A stretch of 64,000 nucleotides of DNA, taken from the NCBI GenBank assembly GCA_017654855.1, contig CM030337.1, positions 2,294,001 to 2,358,000 of the forward strand, read 5' to 3'. Shown here one piece after another: positions 25,357 through 37,397 of the stretch (positions within the stretch are counted from its first letter, which is position 1; each line of letters starts with the position of its first letter). Both the position numbers and the translations under genes were made by a program. This DNA comes from Podospora anserina. Its lineage: Eukaryota. The notes beneath the pieces are model-generated. The model was given only the letters and a program-made list of their open reading frames with translations. It did no database searches and had not been told where the DNA came from.

Positions 25357-25783
25357 TTAGTGCTTCTTCTCGGCGGAGCCCTCCTGCTCGAGGAACTTCC
25401 TATTTGCGACAAAGAGCGATGGTTAGAGCTTGGTCTCGACGACAAACAGAAGGGCATATGTTTACTTGATGAAGTCGGCCTCGTCGGAGCTGGAGGCATT
25501 GATTGGAGGGGTAGCACCGGGGGTGGTGGGCTTAGCAGCGCTGCCGCCGGAGGTGGCGACGGCGACACCGCCGAAAAGAGAGGCGAGGACGCCCATGGCG
25601 AGCTGTTTGGTTGTAGATATGTTAGCAATTGGCCTTCGTAAATGTCGTCATCGTCGTCGTCGTCGCGCCGGCGGCGGAAGGGATGGAGGGGAGGAGATCG
25701 GGTCATGTCGAAGGAGAAAAGAGAGCACTGACGTATTGCGAAGCAACCTGCTTGCCGAAAAGATTGTACATCTGGCCGCCCAT
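25357..25783 (-). CDS. ATP19: Mitochondrial ATP synthase subunit k (exons 25783-25733, 25602-25466, 25399-25357); missed by the ORF track
   Basis: Spliced product MGGQMYNLFGKQVASQY|LAMGVLASLFGGVAVATSGG...TPPINASSSDEADFIK|KFLEQEGSAEKKH*. Splice sites are canonical and phases match. Confidence 0.92.
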
Positions 25784-26399
25784 TTTGAATAGAGGTTGTT
25801 TGTCGAGAGGGAAACTCGTCGGGGGGTGTGGTTGGTGATGTAGTGGGTGTGTGTAGGCTGAAAACGACGCAAAGGTCAAATGAATTGGCGACGGCAACAC
25901 AGGGAAATGTCGAATTGGCCAAGCTCCGTCGTTGAGCTAAACAGCCGAGATTTTGCCAGGATCTTACTAACTCTCCGACTAGCGGCTAATAACCGTGCAC
26001 GGACTGCTACTTAGGCCAGGAGGATAAGCTTTATCAGCTACCTTCCAATCCCGGTGAACCGAGACATACGTCACCAAAATCTGCGCGCAGGCGCATGCTT
26101 GAAGCTGTCGTGCCGATGACGAGAAAGACCGGAAGCTCCATTCTGAACAACCCAACTCCACGCTAGTTCAGCTGTGCAATCTCGGTGATATTCACAGTCG
26201 CATCCACTCTGCTTGATTCAGCTACTTGCAGCTACTTGTTTTTTTCTCTCCCTTGCTTGTGATCCATATCTTGCGCAAGGTTAAAACCGGTGCAACCCCT
26301 CCATCCCACTTGTCGCAAGTTCTAGCTTGCTCCCTTTCTCTAAGAAATTCTTCCTTAACCATCATCACCTCCAACAACCAGACAAAACAAAACACCGCA

Positions 26400-27372
26400 A
26401 TGGTGTGGCCCTTCAGCTCCTCATCCACCCCCTCCAAACCTGACCAACAAACCGTCCACAATGCTACCGCTGAAACCGTAAAGAAAGTCGCCAACACAAC
26501 CAAAGACCTTGACCCCAGCACTAAGCTCCCCGAGCCGAAGAGACTCCCCGCTGAGCTCCAAAAAATCGTCGACAAGGCCGACAAAGATGAAAACTTCTTT
26601 GACGAGCTCTACGAGGGATAGTACGTCCCCCCTTTAGTCTCTTCCCCTACCCAACCGCTTAACTAACTCCTCTACCCTCAGTGTCCCCCCATCAACCGAC
26701 TCCAACGTCCGCTACGCAGCCTACGCCTCCCGCTTCCGCACCATCCTCCTCTCCGCCCACCGCTACGTAGCCTACACCTCCGACATAGGCGAGTCCTTCC
26801 GCCCCGTCGCCCACCCCAACTGGGTCCGCGCAGCATACGGCATTTCCTGGGCATATATCCTCGGGGACGTCTCCTACGAGGGCTACAAAGCCTACTGGCA
26901 CAACCAACGCATCCTCAACCCCGCCATCGAGCTGTCCTCTCACCAAAAGAAATTACTTGGTGTCGAGGCGACGCATGATGCCACCTCGCCAGCGAAGCTC
27001 ACGCCAGGTGTTGTCCCGCCGTTGGAGGACTACAGAACTGTCATGCTGCAACGGGGTATCTTCCAGAGCTTGGCGAGTATGGGGTTGCCGGCGTTTACGA
27101 TCCACTCCGTGGTGAGGTATTCTGGCCGGGCGATGAAGGATGTCAAGAATAAGACTGTCAGGACGTGGGGTCCGATTGGGTTGGGTTTGGCGGTGGTGCC
27201 GTTCTTGCCGAGGATCTTTGATAAGCCGGTTGAGAATGCGGTTGAGTGGGTGTTCCACAAGGGGTTTGAGGCTTATGGGGGGGAGAAGATGGTGGGGGAT
27301 GCGCCGTTGATTGGGAGGGAGAGGCAGTTGAGTGAGAAGCCGTTGCCGAGTGGGAAGGAGAAGAGGGAGTAA
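26400..27372 (+). CDS. Mitochondrial fission process protein MTP18/MTFP1 (intron about 26621-26680)
   Basis: DSNVRYAAYASR, RYVAYTSDIGESFRPVAHP, YGISWAYILGDV, IFQSLASMGLPAFTIHSVV, GLAVVPFLPRIFDKPVE. Confidence 0.9.
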
Positions 27373-27733
27373 TGAAGGAAAAGAAAAGGGAAGTGTGGTG
27401 ATATTTGGTGTGATACCTGTCTACTCTTTTTTGTGTTTGTACATATTGGAATCTCCACTCGGTGGGGATACGAGAGGATGATGGTGGGAAGATTGGACTG
27501 GGTTGGAATTTACCGATATGGGTGGTTATTTTTTGATAGCGTTTCTCACCACCCACTACTTGGCAACGAAATGAGACGCCCAGGAAGCCTTTTAACATAA
27601 AGAGAAATGACAACAAACAGTGGTATATCAACTGGGCCCCATGCTATGGAACAACTTCAAACATGTCTCAGAAAACAACGCTATGCCATGCGCTTTATAA
27701 CAAAAAGAACCGAATTCCAACAATGGTAGACCC

Positions 27734-28714
27734 TCAGACCTTTATCAAATCCTCGGGCGCCCCCACCCCTCTCAACAAAACAACCGTATTCCCACTGACC
27801 AACGCGGTCCCCAACTTCTCCCCAAAATCCAGTATCCTCCCCCCTTCCACATGGAACACCCTCAGCTTATCCTCCTCCTTATCCGACCTGTTATTAATAT
27901 TCTGCACCTGCAGACTCGCCGCCGCCGAGTCCAGCATCCGCCCCACGACCCAGTCCTGACTGAAGAAGAACTCCCCCTTTGGAATCTTGGCCTTGGCAGT
28001 CTCGTTCTCCGCTTCGACATAGAGATAGACCCTCTTCTCTGGGGGGATCTTTGCGTCCCCCTTTGCGGTCTTCTTGAGGGTGTTTACCGCCACGAGTTTC
28101 GTCTGTCCCTTTGCGTTGAGCCCAGATGGTCCGGCCGCCTTTGCGGCGCGGGAGTCTTTGTATTGTTCTTTTTTGGAAGCGCCCCACAACTTCAATCGTT
28201 CCAACGCAGACGTCGCCTTGGTTGTTATCGCCGCTTGTTGAGCTGCTAGGGCACTCGCTCTCGCACCGACGGGGGGTTTGGACTTGCAGTCGTGGTCTTC
28301 TTCTAGGCGGTGTTTAAGGCAGTAGTCCCTTCGGCAGGCGTTGCAGTGAACACCGGGAACGAGACTTGTCCCGATGGTTGTTTTGCATGTCCCTTCTGCG
28401 CAGGGTTTCGCGTATAGGACATCGCGGTCGCGAACGGGTTTGTGGCCGCCGAGGGAGGCTTTGGATTGTTCGGCTAGGCGTCGCCTGGTAGCCCAGGCGC
28501 CTTTTTGGGAGCAGTCGTGGCCGTCTTCGGTGCGGTGGTCGGAGCAGTAGGTTTGGGAGCAGGATTGGCATTTGAAGGGGAGGAAGTCGAGTTGGTTGCA
28601 GGGGGGGTATTGGCAGTGGGCGCCGACGAGGGAGACGTCGGTGCCGCGGGCTGCGAGGGCGGCGGGGGACATGGAGATGTAGGTTGTTTCGTTTGGGTTG
28701 TTTGGGGAGGACAT
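27734..28714 (-). CDS. AN1-type zinc finger protein (Cuz1/ZFAND1-like) with C-terminal ubiquitin-like domain
   Basis: GAHCQYPPCNQLDFLPFKCQSCSQTYCSDHR..HDC, a second finger CNACRRDYCLKHRLEEDHDC, and AKGD..IP..KRVYL, WVVGRMLD. Confidence 0.9.
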   Translation of the reverse strand: MSSPNNPNETTYISMSPAALAARGTDVSLVGAHCQYPPCNQLDFLPFKCQSCSQTYCSDHRTEDGHDCSQKGAWATRRRLAEQSKASLGGHKPVRDRDVLYAKPCAEGTCKTTIGTSLVPGVHCNACRRDYCLKHRLEEDHDCKSKPPVGARASALAAQQAAITTKATSALERLKLWGASKKEQYKDSRAAKAAGPSGLNAKGQTKLVAVNTLKKTAKGDAKIPPEKRVYLYVEAENETAKAKIPKGEFFFSQDWVVGRMLDSAAASLQVQNINNRSDKEEDKLRVFHVEGGRILDFGEKLGTALVSGNTVVLLRGVGAPEDLIKV

Positions 28715-29209
28715 GGTGGGTGAAGCTTGGGGTGTTGCGGTCGAGGGTAGATAGGGGGGTTTATATGGAAAACGCGGTTGATAATTATAAGGGTCGGTAC
28801 TCCGACACGACGATAGGGGTCGCTGACCAAGAGACAGACGGTTGATAGAAAGATGGAAGGCTGAGAGATGAGGCGGGCGAGGCGGCGTAAGGCGGTGTTT
28901 GCCTGCCCGGCAGCCTGGAACGATCTGGAAACCCGCCGGGGGGAAAGGTGGAGATTATGGACCGGGGCCGGCTGCCGATCATTTTAGCTCGGCGCCCTGC
29001 CGAGCCTTGCTCTCAGCTGCTAAGGGTTAGGGTCAGTCGCGTCTTCCCACATTGGAATGCGCGTCATCGTTCTCTGAATGCGATTGTGACTGATTGACAA
29101 GGCTGGCCCCGATCGACAACCCTCTTTCAACTTCAAATATTAACATCCACCTTCTAGTGCTTGAACAACTCCAACATGGTCGCCAATTCGGTACTGTCAA
29201 CCACAAGAA

Positions 29210-32200
29210 ATGCCGCCACACATCCCCCTCAAACGACTCCGCTCTCCCTCCCCTGAACCACCACCCAAAAAGCGGCAGTCTTCAACAACTTCAAAGAAGA
29301 AAGCCATCGCCCCCCCCCGTAAACCAACCCTCTTCGACGACCTCGACGCCGGCTCCACCCCCCGTTCCTCAACCAAGACCTCCCTCCTCGAAATCGAAGC
29401 TAGCGATGACGACACCAGCTCCTTGACGTCCCTCTCCGACGCCGATTTCGAGGACGTCCCGCTGGATGGTCCTGGCACAAAACGTCGAAAACTCTCCCAA
29501 CCCTCCTCTACAGAAGATGAAGACATCGAATTCGAAGATGTCCCCACGCCTACTGCGCAAGCTCCCGATGTTGCTATCCCCAGTCAGGACCTCGATCTGA
29601 CGTTGGTACGGGATACCAGAATCAATCTCGCTGCCGCGATGGGGAAGAAGGGGCCCTCGAAGCTTGAAAGAAAGATCAGGATAGCTGCACATGGTGTCCA
29701 TGTCCAGTTGTTACTATGGCACAATGCGCTGAGGAATGCGTGGTGTAGTGACGAGGAGGTGATGGCGATCATGATATCGCATTTACCGCCTAGGCTGTGG
29801 GAGGAGGTGGATAGGTGGAGGAGGAGCAGTGGGTTGGAGGTACAGGTGGAGGAGCCACCACCAAAGGGGAAGACAGCTGGGAAGGGGAAAGGCGAGGGGA
29901 AAGCGACAGAGAAGGGGAGGGAATGGGGAGCGGCAGCTAAGCATCTTGAAAAAGGAGCTGTCGATATGTCGCATGGAGATCCATTATTCAGACTGATGAA
30001 GGTCCTCACATCATGGTGGAAACAACGGTTCAAGATCACGGCACCAGGGCTGCGCAAGCAGGGGTACATGTCCCTAGAACGACTCGACAGAATCACCAAG
30101 GCATTCAAGCAAACGAACGGTGACGATCAAGACCGCTTCGGGGAGAAGATTGATGGTTTAGAAGGCTTCAGAAAGCGCGCACAGTCGTGTGCAGGCAGCC
30201 GCGATGTTGGTGCCCAGTTATTTACCGCTCTACTACGAGGACTGGGAATCGAGGCTAGATTGGTGGCCAGTCTACAACCCTTGGGATTTGGGTGGAACAA
30301 ACTCGAGGAAGCCGACCCTGAAGAGGAAGAGCATTACCTCTCGGAAAGCAATCCTGAAAAACCTCCCGTGCCAGCCACCAAACCACCACCACCCAGAGCA
30401 AAGAAAACACCTGCCAAACCACCCCCCAAAACAGCCCGATCAACCCGGCATTCCCAAAAACCACCCCCCGAACCCTCCTCCGATCTCGAATCCCTCTCCG
30501 ACTCCTCCAACGACCTGATAATCCCCCCTTCCCCTTCCCCACCTCCAACCTCCCCAACCAAGACCCCCAAAAAAGTGTACGATCAAGACTTGGAATACCC
30601 CCACTACTGGCTCGAAGCCCTCTCCCCCGCCACCCACAAATACCTCCCCCTCGACCCCCTCAAACCCCTCCTAGCCACCAACCCCGACCTTCTGTCTCAC
30701 TTTGAACCCCGCGGCTCCAAAGCCGACCGCGCCCGCCAGGTAATGGCATACATCATCGCCCACTCCCCCGACGGCACAGCCAAAGACGTCACCATCCGCT
30801 ATCTCAAAGGGCAACAACTCCCAGGACGAACCAAGGGCAGCCGGCTACCCCCCGAAAAAATTCCCGTGTACGACAAGAACGGAAAAGTGAAACGATACGA
30901 GGAGTATGATTGGTTCAAGAGGGTGATGAGCTCCTACATTCGCGGCCGTGACCCCTCCCACCCATTGACAGAAGCAGACACCCTCGAAAACGAGACCGAT
31001 CTCAAACCCGCCGAGCGGGTGGACAAGGTGGTCAAAGAAGGAGAGGAGACACTGCAGTACTACAAGCAATCCAAAGAGTTTGTGTTGGAACGCCACCTCA
31101 AGAGAGAAGAAGCGCTCCTGCCGACCGCGAAACCGGTCAAGATGTTTGTTCAAAACAAGAACAAGAAACCGGGTGCACAAGGCGAGGCGGTCTACAGCCG
31201 TAGAGACGTCGTCCAAGTCAAGAGCGCAGAAACATGGCATAAACAGGGACGTGCCCCTAAACAAGGGGAGGCCCCCCTGAAAAAGGTGCCCTATCGAGCA
31301 GCGACTACAAATCGGAGAAGGGAGATTGCAGAGGCGGAGTTGGCTACGGGAGCAAAGGTTTTGCAGGGGTTGTATAGTCACGCGCAGACAGACTGGATCA
31401 TACCGCCGCCGATTCAAGATGGAAAGATACCAAAGAATGAGTATGGGAATATTGATTTGTTTGTCCCGACCATGTGCCCCGAGGGTGCGGTTCATGTTCC
31501 TTTCCGGGGGGCGGGGAGGGTTGCAAGGAGATTGGGGATAGATTATGCGGAGGCGGTGGTGGATTTTGAGTTTGGGCATCGGATGGCTGTGCCGGTTATT
31601 CAGGGGGTTGTTGTGGCGGAGGAGTTTTATGAGAAAATGGTGGAGGAGCTGGAGAGGGATGAGGCGGAGAGGAGGAGGAAGGAGGATGAGAAGAGGAGGA
31701 AGAGGGCGCTGGGGATGTGGAGGAGGATGTTGATGGGGTTGAGGATTGTGGAACGGTTGGAGGGGCAGTATGGGGATGTCAAGGAGGGGGAGCAGGAAGG
31801 GGGTGCGGGACAAATCGGTGGTGACGTGCATATGGCTGGAGAAGGGCCGGGAGGGTTTGAGGCGGAGGAGGATCAGATGGCGGGGGGGTTCCTGCCGGAG
31901 GGACATGAGGCGGACGACTTGGCCGGCGGGGGCTTTTTTGCCGAGGGCCAGGAGGAGGACGAGCAACATGGGCGCACAACTTCGGGGTACTTCCCTACCG
32001 TCCACTCCGATGACGACGACGATGACGGGGAGGATGTGCTCGAGATTGATCATGGTGATGTGAGCGGTGTGTTGAGCGAGGCGGTGAGTCCGAAGCCAGC
32101 GTCACTGTCGCCATCGCCCACGCCAGAAATCGAAGAAACCAAGGTGCCACCGAGGAGGAGCGCAAGGCGGAAGGCGCCGGTCAAGCCCAAAGCCGCGGCG

Positions 32201-32305
32201 GCTGGTGGAAAGCGAGGAAGGAGGAGGCGAAACGTTGCGTCAACGAGCTCCGAGGAGGAGGAAATCGAGGAGGGATACGAGGTTTTTGATTCTGGGGAGG
32301 ATTAG
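29210..32305 (+). CDS. Rad4/XPC-family nucleotide excision repair protein
   Basis: Transglutaminase-like GSRDVGAQLFTALLRGLGIEARLVASLQP, YWLEA, AKDVTIRY; BHD domains (FVLERHLKREE, GLYSHAQT, IPKNEYGNID, YAEAVVDFEF..AVPVIQGVVV). Confidence 0.93.
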   Translation: MPPHIPLKRLRSPSPEPPPKKRQSSTTSKKKAIAPPRKPTLFDDLDAGSTPRSSTKTSLLEIEASDDDTSSLTSLSDADFEDVPLDGPGTKRRKLSQPSSTEDEDIEFEDVPTPTAQAPDVAIPSQDLDLTLVRDTRINLAAAMGKKGPSKLERKIRIAAHGVHVQLLLWHNALRNAWCSDEEVMAIMISHLPPRLWEEVDRWRRSSGLEVQVEEPPPKGKTAGKGKGEGKATEKGREWGAAAKHLEKGAVDMSHGDPLFRLMKVLTSWWKQRFKITAPGLRKQGYMSLERLDRITKAFKQTNGDDQDRFGEKIDGLEGFRKRAQSCAGSRDVGAQLFTALLRGLGIEARLVASLQPLGFGWNKLEEADPEEEEHYLSESNPEKPPVPATKPPPPRAKKTPAKPPPKTARSTRHSQKPPPEPSSDLESLSDSSNDLIIPPSPSPPPTSPTKTPKKVYDQDLEYPHYWLEALSPATHKYLPLDPLKPLLATNPDLLSHFEPRGSKADRARQVMAYIIAHSPDGTAKDVTIRYLKGQQLPGRTKGSRLPPEKIPVYDKNGKVKRYEEYDWFKRVMSSYIRGRDPSHPLTEADTLENETDLKPAERVDKVVKEGEETLQYYKQSKEFVLERHLKREEALLPTAKPVKMFVQNKNKKPGAQGEAVYSRRDVVQVKSAETWHKQGRAPKQGEAPLKKVPYRAATTNRRREIAEAELATGAKVLQGLYSHAQTDWIIPPPIQDGKIPKNEYGNIDLFVPTMCPEGAVHVPFRGAGRVARRLGIDYAEAVVDFEFGHRMAVPVIQGVVVAEEFYEKMVEELERDEAERRRKEDEKRRKRALGMWRRMLMGLRIVERLEGQYGDVKEGEQEGGAGQIGGDVHMAGEGPGGFEAEEDQMAGGFLPEGHEADDLAGGGFFAEGQEEDEQHGRTTSGYFPTVHSDDDDDDGEDVLEIDHGDVSGVLSEAVSPKPASLSPSPTPEIEETKVPPRRSARRKAPVKPKAAAAGGKRGRRRRNVASTSSEEEEIEEGYEVFDSGED

Positions 32306-34016
32306 TTGCAGTGAGATACATGTCCGGCTAGGTAGATAATTCGATAATGCAATTGTCCAACCCGCAGAAACCGGGGTACTGCGGGGAAAGTAAAATATAT
32401 GTCATTGACTGGCTCGAATTGTTCCTTGTCAGCGCCGAATCGATGCATAAAAACCTGCCATCACGTTCACATTTTGGTGGTTCATGCAGGGCTAATGCAA
32501 GATGGAGGAGTACTGGATGGGGAAAGGTGTGGTGGGCGATGGGTGAGCTGAGAGGGGTCTTGGGGTGGTGTGCCGGTCGAAGTATTGAAAGGTTGGAAAT
32601 ATTACAGAATGTGACATATCAGATGCGGTAAACGAGAGATAACGCCGAGGACGGGAGAGTGATCGATCGATGCTGGTTGTGTTTTTTTTGCTCCCGAGAC
32701 ATGACACTTCTGTAAGCCTGAAAATAAGGACAGGTTTGTGGTGCCTGTTCCTTTTGTGTGGAAAGAAACGTGGAGTCAGAGTTGAGGGTAGGCAGAACAC
32801 GCACCTGGACATTAAAGGCTTCCGGCTTTTGCATAGGTCCTGTGTGACGTTTCCTCACCCTCTGGAGCTTGTCCATGTGGTTTTCTGTGGGGACAACCGA
32901 TGGAATGTCCGCGGCTGACGGCAGAGTGCTCACGCCCGATGTCAAGGGAATGTCGGTGCCACGCTGGATGATGAGGCTAAAAGTTGAGATGGGAGAATAC
33001 CGAGAGCGAAGCAATGGACTACAAGGGTGAAAGACAATATCCTTCTATCGGAATGATCGCTCCGTGGGGACCCCTGTAACTGCCGGGGTTCTTGGTGGGT
33101 CGGTCCAGAGCGCCGGGTTCGGGGAGTTTCGAGTGCTAAGGCGCTATCAGGTTGCAGGCGGAGTCTCGGTGTCCGGTTGATAAGTCGAATATCACGAATT
33201 TCCGAGCATGTGCAAGAGATGGTGGTTTGCTTTCCTGGTTCTGTTTGACATCAGGTGCCACACGATGCCCACCGACAAGCCGCTCCGGCATGAGCGAATG
33301 GGAGGCATTGTCACTCTGCAAAAAATACGTGGGATTACGAGCAGACATCGCGTGTTTGTTGTGGGGAACAGGTAATGGCCCTGTAATTTACCCCCCTGGA
33401 ATGTGAAGCTGTCTGTCGGCCGGGGTATGGCCCGTGCAACAGGGCAGCTCATTGCCTGCTCGGTCGAGGCTGGAGCAACACCACCTGGCTCAAGAGACCC
33501 GACTCAACTTCTCCTCCCACACTTGGAATAATTGAACCCTGACTCTTCCTTGCTCAATCACCTCCAGGTTTTTGCCATGTCGGCCACGTCGCCGCTCTTT
33601 CCCGGAGGACCCTGAGCAAGGATTTGAATTTTGCGCCCACCTGCTCTGGAAGCCGGTCGGGGTGGTTTGGGCCATTTGGACTTTTTTTGCTTAATTGGGA
33701 GGTGTTCCGGTTTCGTCGCGCGCGGTCAGTCGCTCAGTGCTCAGTCAGTCAGTCAGCCAGCCAGCCTCATCTGAAGCTCGTGCCTGCCACTACTCCGCGG
33801 TATACGAGTCGCCGCCATTCACACCCCCCTCCACCCACTGTCCCCGTAATATACCAAGCTCTAACTGACTGCACTGCTCAAACCTGGGACTGCGGGGCAC
33901 TTTCCCTGGTTTTACTTTATACCTTACGTACCTGTCCTGTAACTTACACCACCGCCGGCGCTGCAAGAGCATGACCTGGACCAGGACCGCATCTCCCACC
34001 CAACCTAATTCTCAAC

Positions 34017-37000
34017 ATGGACCACGACGCATACCTCGACCAGCTTCTCGGACAGCAGCCAGCTCTACCACCAGCCCAGCATCTACCCGACCACTTCCCA
34101 TTCGCCGCTTTAGAGGACGACGAGTTTGCAAACCTCGACCTCGAGCTGTTGTTTGGACGTCATTTTGGCCGTAACAATCCGTAAGTCACTCCTTTTTTTC
34201 CTTTCCAGTGAGTGAGAGCGGCAGAATCACATGTGGTAGTCCCACGGCAAACGACAAACTGCTCTCGTAGTGGGGGGAGCAGCAAACGTCCGTCCGGAAC
34301 TCAAGCCACTGTGGACTTTTGAGTTCGTTCTTTCGAGCACAATCTTGAACCTGCTGCTGGGCTGCCTCGACTGTTTGCCTGCACATGCATTCCGACAAGG
34401 GCATGTCTTTCACCTTCACCCATCTCCACACACTCAGCCCTCGCCGGCAGCATCGGGGTGTTTTCACCGTACCATGGGCAGCGCCCACTCCAAACAGGAA
34501 TCAAGTCCCGATGCACGGGAGCCACCGCTGAAAAGGGACCGGCTTCATCGTTTGCGGAAGTCTCTGCGAAGCCACTCCCACCGTCGAAACCTGAATGAGC
34601 AAAACAACGAGCAAACCCAACCCTCTGACAACATCAACAGGCCAGAAAACGACAACAACGCCGTCCGGGAAATGCCCCCAGTGCGTAGGTCCCAGGGCAA
34701 CGTGGATCCAGAGTTGAGCACAGAAGCGTGCATGGAAGCCGCACTCAATTTCTTCCCCGACATATGTCCCGACTATCTGCGCAAGACCGTCGAAAGTCAA
34801 AAGTGGACAGCCCAGGGCATCGTCGGCCACATTCTTGATCAGCAAGAAAGCGGCAAGAAATATCCCAAGCGTGTCAAGTCCCTAAAGCGCAAGTGGGAGG
34901 ATACCGGTGAGGACGGCGAAGAAGTGCTCAGCAAGAAAATGGAGGCCGAGCCAAGATTTCAAGGCAAGACGACGGAGTACATGAAAAAGTACAAGGGAGC
35001 AGGGTGAGTGATGTATCCCCAACACGTTGTGGACAGGGGAGACAGACTGCTGGTAACACGGGAGGAGGACTGAAGGATGATGAACGGGCGATTGCCTGTC
35101 TTTTGAGGCGGAGGCGTCGGTGCTATCACCAAAGGCCCGTTCATTCATCTTTGTGGCGCTCCTTGTTGCGGCTTGGAGCATCAAGATGACGTTGGGCTTT
35201 CTGTTCTTCCACCCAACATTGTCCCCTTTCATCACCAAGTATGTAGATTTCTGACACCCGCATAGCAGATCTCTTCTTGTGGCCGAGTTTCCCGACTTCA
35301 AGGTCAAGAATATAGAGCAACAGTTCAAACTGCACGACCATCGCATTTACCCAGCATATCTTGCTCTATGGGCCGAGCTTGCTCAAGAAACCTCGGCTTG
35401 GCGGAAAAAGTCGACAACCAGGTCCAAAATGACGCTCGGCGACACGGTCAAGATGTTCTCTGAGAGCGCCGACGAGGGAGAGAAAGGGGCTGTGGAAGAC
35501 TTCGTGACTGCCCGTCAAGTTTGCGACATCAGAGCTGCCAAGGCAAGGGCGAAGAAGGCGGAAGAAGACGCCGAGGCGGCCAATTATGCGCAAGCAGAAG
35601 CTGACGGTACTATTTTGGAGTGTGGATGTTGCTTTGGGGATTTCCCACAGAATCGAATGGTGCACTGCAACGCGGGGACCATCCATTTCTTCTGCCGCGA
35701 ATGTGCGAAGCGCATGGCGGAGACGCAGGTTGGCATCTCCAAGTATCAGCTAGACTGCATGTCAACAGACGGCTGCGAGGGCACCTTCAGCAAGAGCCAG
35801 AAGGATTTGTTTCTCGACGGAAAGCTGACTGTGGCTCTTGATCGCATCGAGCAAGAGGCTGTCCTTCGCCTGGCTGGAATAGAGTCACTCGAGACATGCC
35901 CCTTCTGCCCATATGCGGCCGAGTACCCGCCCGTCGAGGTGGATAAAGAGTTCAGATGCATCAGCGAGGAGTGCGGCCTTGTATCCTGCAGGCTTTGTCG
36001 GCTGGAGACGCACACGCCCAAGACTTGTCAAGAAGTTGCGCGGGAAAGTGGACATTCTGCTCGCCGTGAGATCGAGGAAGCAATGTCTGCCGCCATGATC
36101 CGGACCTGCAACAAATGTAAGGACCATCTGCCTCCACTTGGGGACATGGAGCTAACTCTGACTAGGCAAAACACCCTTCATCAAGGAGAACGGCTGCAAC
36201 AAGATGACATGCACGAGGAAGGGCTGTGGCAACATACAATGTTACGTCTGTTCCAAGTCGTGTGATTACAGCCATTTCGACGAGCCCGCCCGCGGTGGGA
36301 AGCCCGGGAACTGCCGTCTTTTTGACGAAACCGAGGAACGCCACGCACGAGAAGTTCGCGAGGCCGAAGAAGCAGCTCGCAAGAAGGTGGCGGAGGCGAA
36401 CCCTGAAGTCGATTCCTCCCTCCTCGAGATCAAATTCTCCGACAAAGTCAAGCAAGACGAGGCCAGACGCGCAGCTGCCCAGATCCCTCAAAGGGGCGGC
36501 GTCTTTGGGCCCCGGAACCTACCCGTATATGTTCCCCCACGAATGCCAGCAATTGCCGTCCCGCCGAACCAGCCCAATGCACCAGTTCCTGCCGCACCAA
36601 TGGCTCTCCGCCCCGACCAGGCGAACGAGTTGCAAAGACGGATGCAGGGACTGATTGGGTTGGACCTGGAGATTGGGATAGAGCCTCTGCCTGTTGAGGC
36701 TCATCGAAATGTGCAGATGGCAGTAATACTCCCGCCGGATCCCAACCGGGAAGCCCGGATGCAGCAACAGCAGGCGCTACTGCGCGCACAAATACAAGCG
36801 CAGCAAATACAGATGGAGCAGGCCAGGAACAACTTCCGGATACAGCGCGAGCAGGCGGCTGCCCAGCTCAACCATGCACGCAACGTCCAGCAAGAAGCGA
36901 TGCAAAATATGCAACGGCAAGAACTCCAACTACAACAGCATATAGCGGATCACATGCACCGCTTTCCACAAGGGGTTGCTTTTCCCGCCGTTCCGAGACC

Positions 37001-37397
37001 TGCTCCTGGGCCTGTCCTGATGAACCCCGAGCATTTATTTGCGCCGGCTGGAGCGGCTGGACGGCTGTTCAATATTGGGAATCATGCGTATCATGAACCA
37101 AACGCCCATCACCCAGCTGCCGCGGTTGGCAACCCTCAACAGGCTGTTGCGGTTCCAAATCGACCCCAGGCTGTTGCAGCTCCAAACCTGCCCCCGCACA
37201 GAGTCGCCCACGCGGCGAACAACAATAATGTTAATGATGGTGGACCAGCTCAGCAGCATGGGGATGGGCCAAGACCTCTGGCGAACGACGTAATCAACCT
37301 GACCGCGTCCCCACCAGCCCCGCGGGTGAATGGGAATGGTTACCGAGCAGAATTGTACAGTCCTCGATGGGGTCATGGGCCTCCACCTGTCCGCTGA
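34017..37397 (+). CDS. RBR (RING-IBR-RING) E3 ubiquitin ligase, RNF216/TRIAD3-like (exons 34017-34180, 34641-35003, 35266/35269-36116, 36166-37397)
   Basis: FFPDICPDYL (CUE-like), ECGCCF..HFFCREC, CPFCPY..FRC..C..SCRLC..HTPKTC, IRTCNKCKTPFIKENGCNKMTC..C..CYVC with the catalytic Cys; Q/P/A-rich tail. Confidence 0.88.

Noticed and set aside
25314-25922. 202-aa minus-strand ORF
   Set aside because: Wrong frame; the region is explained by the three-exon ATP19 gene.
30845-32053. 402-aa antisense ORF (and similar antisense ORFs in importin, REV7 and ORF1)
   Set aside because: Shadow frames caused by codon bias and G/C skew of the real gene; low-complexity L/P/H translation.
33741-33766. (CAGT)n/(CAGC)n microsatellite; also the T/G homopolymer run at about 8937-8955
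   Set aside because: Ordinary short simple repeats.
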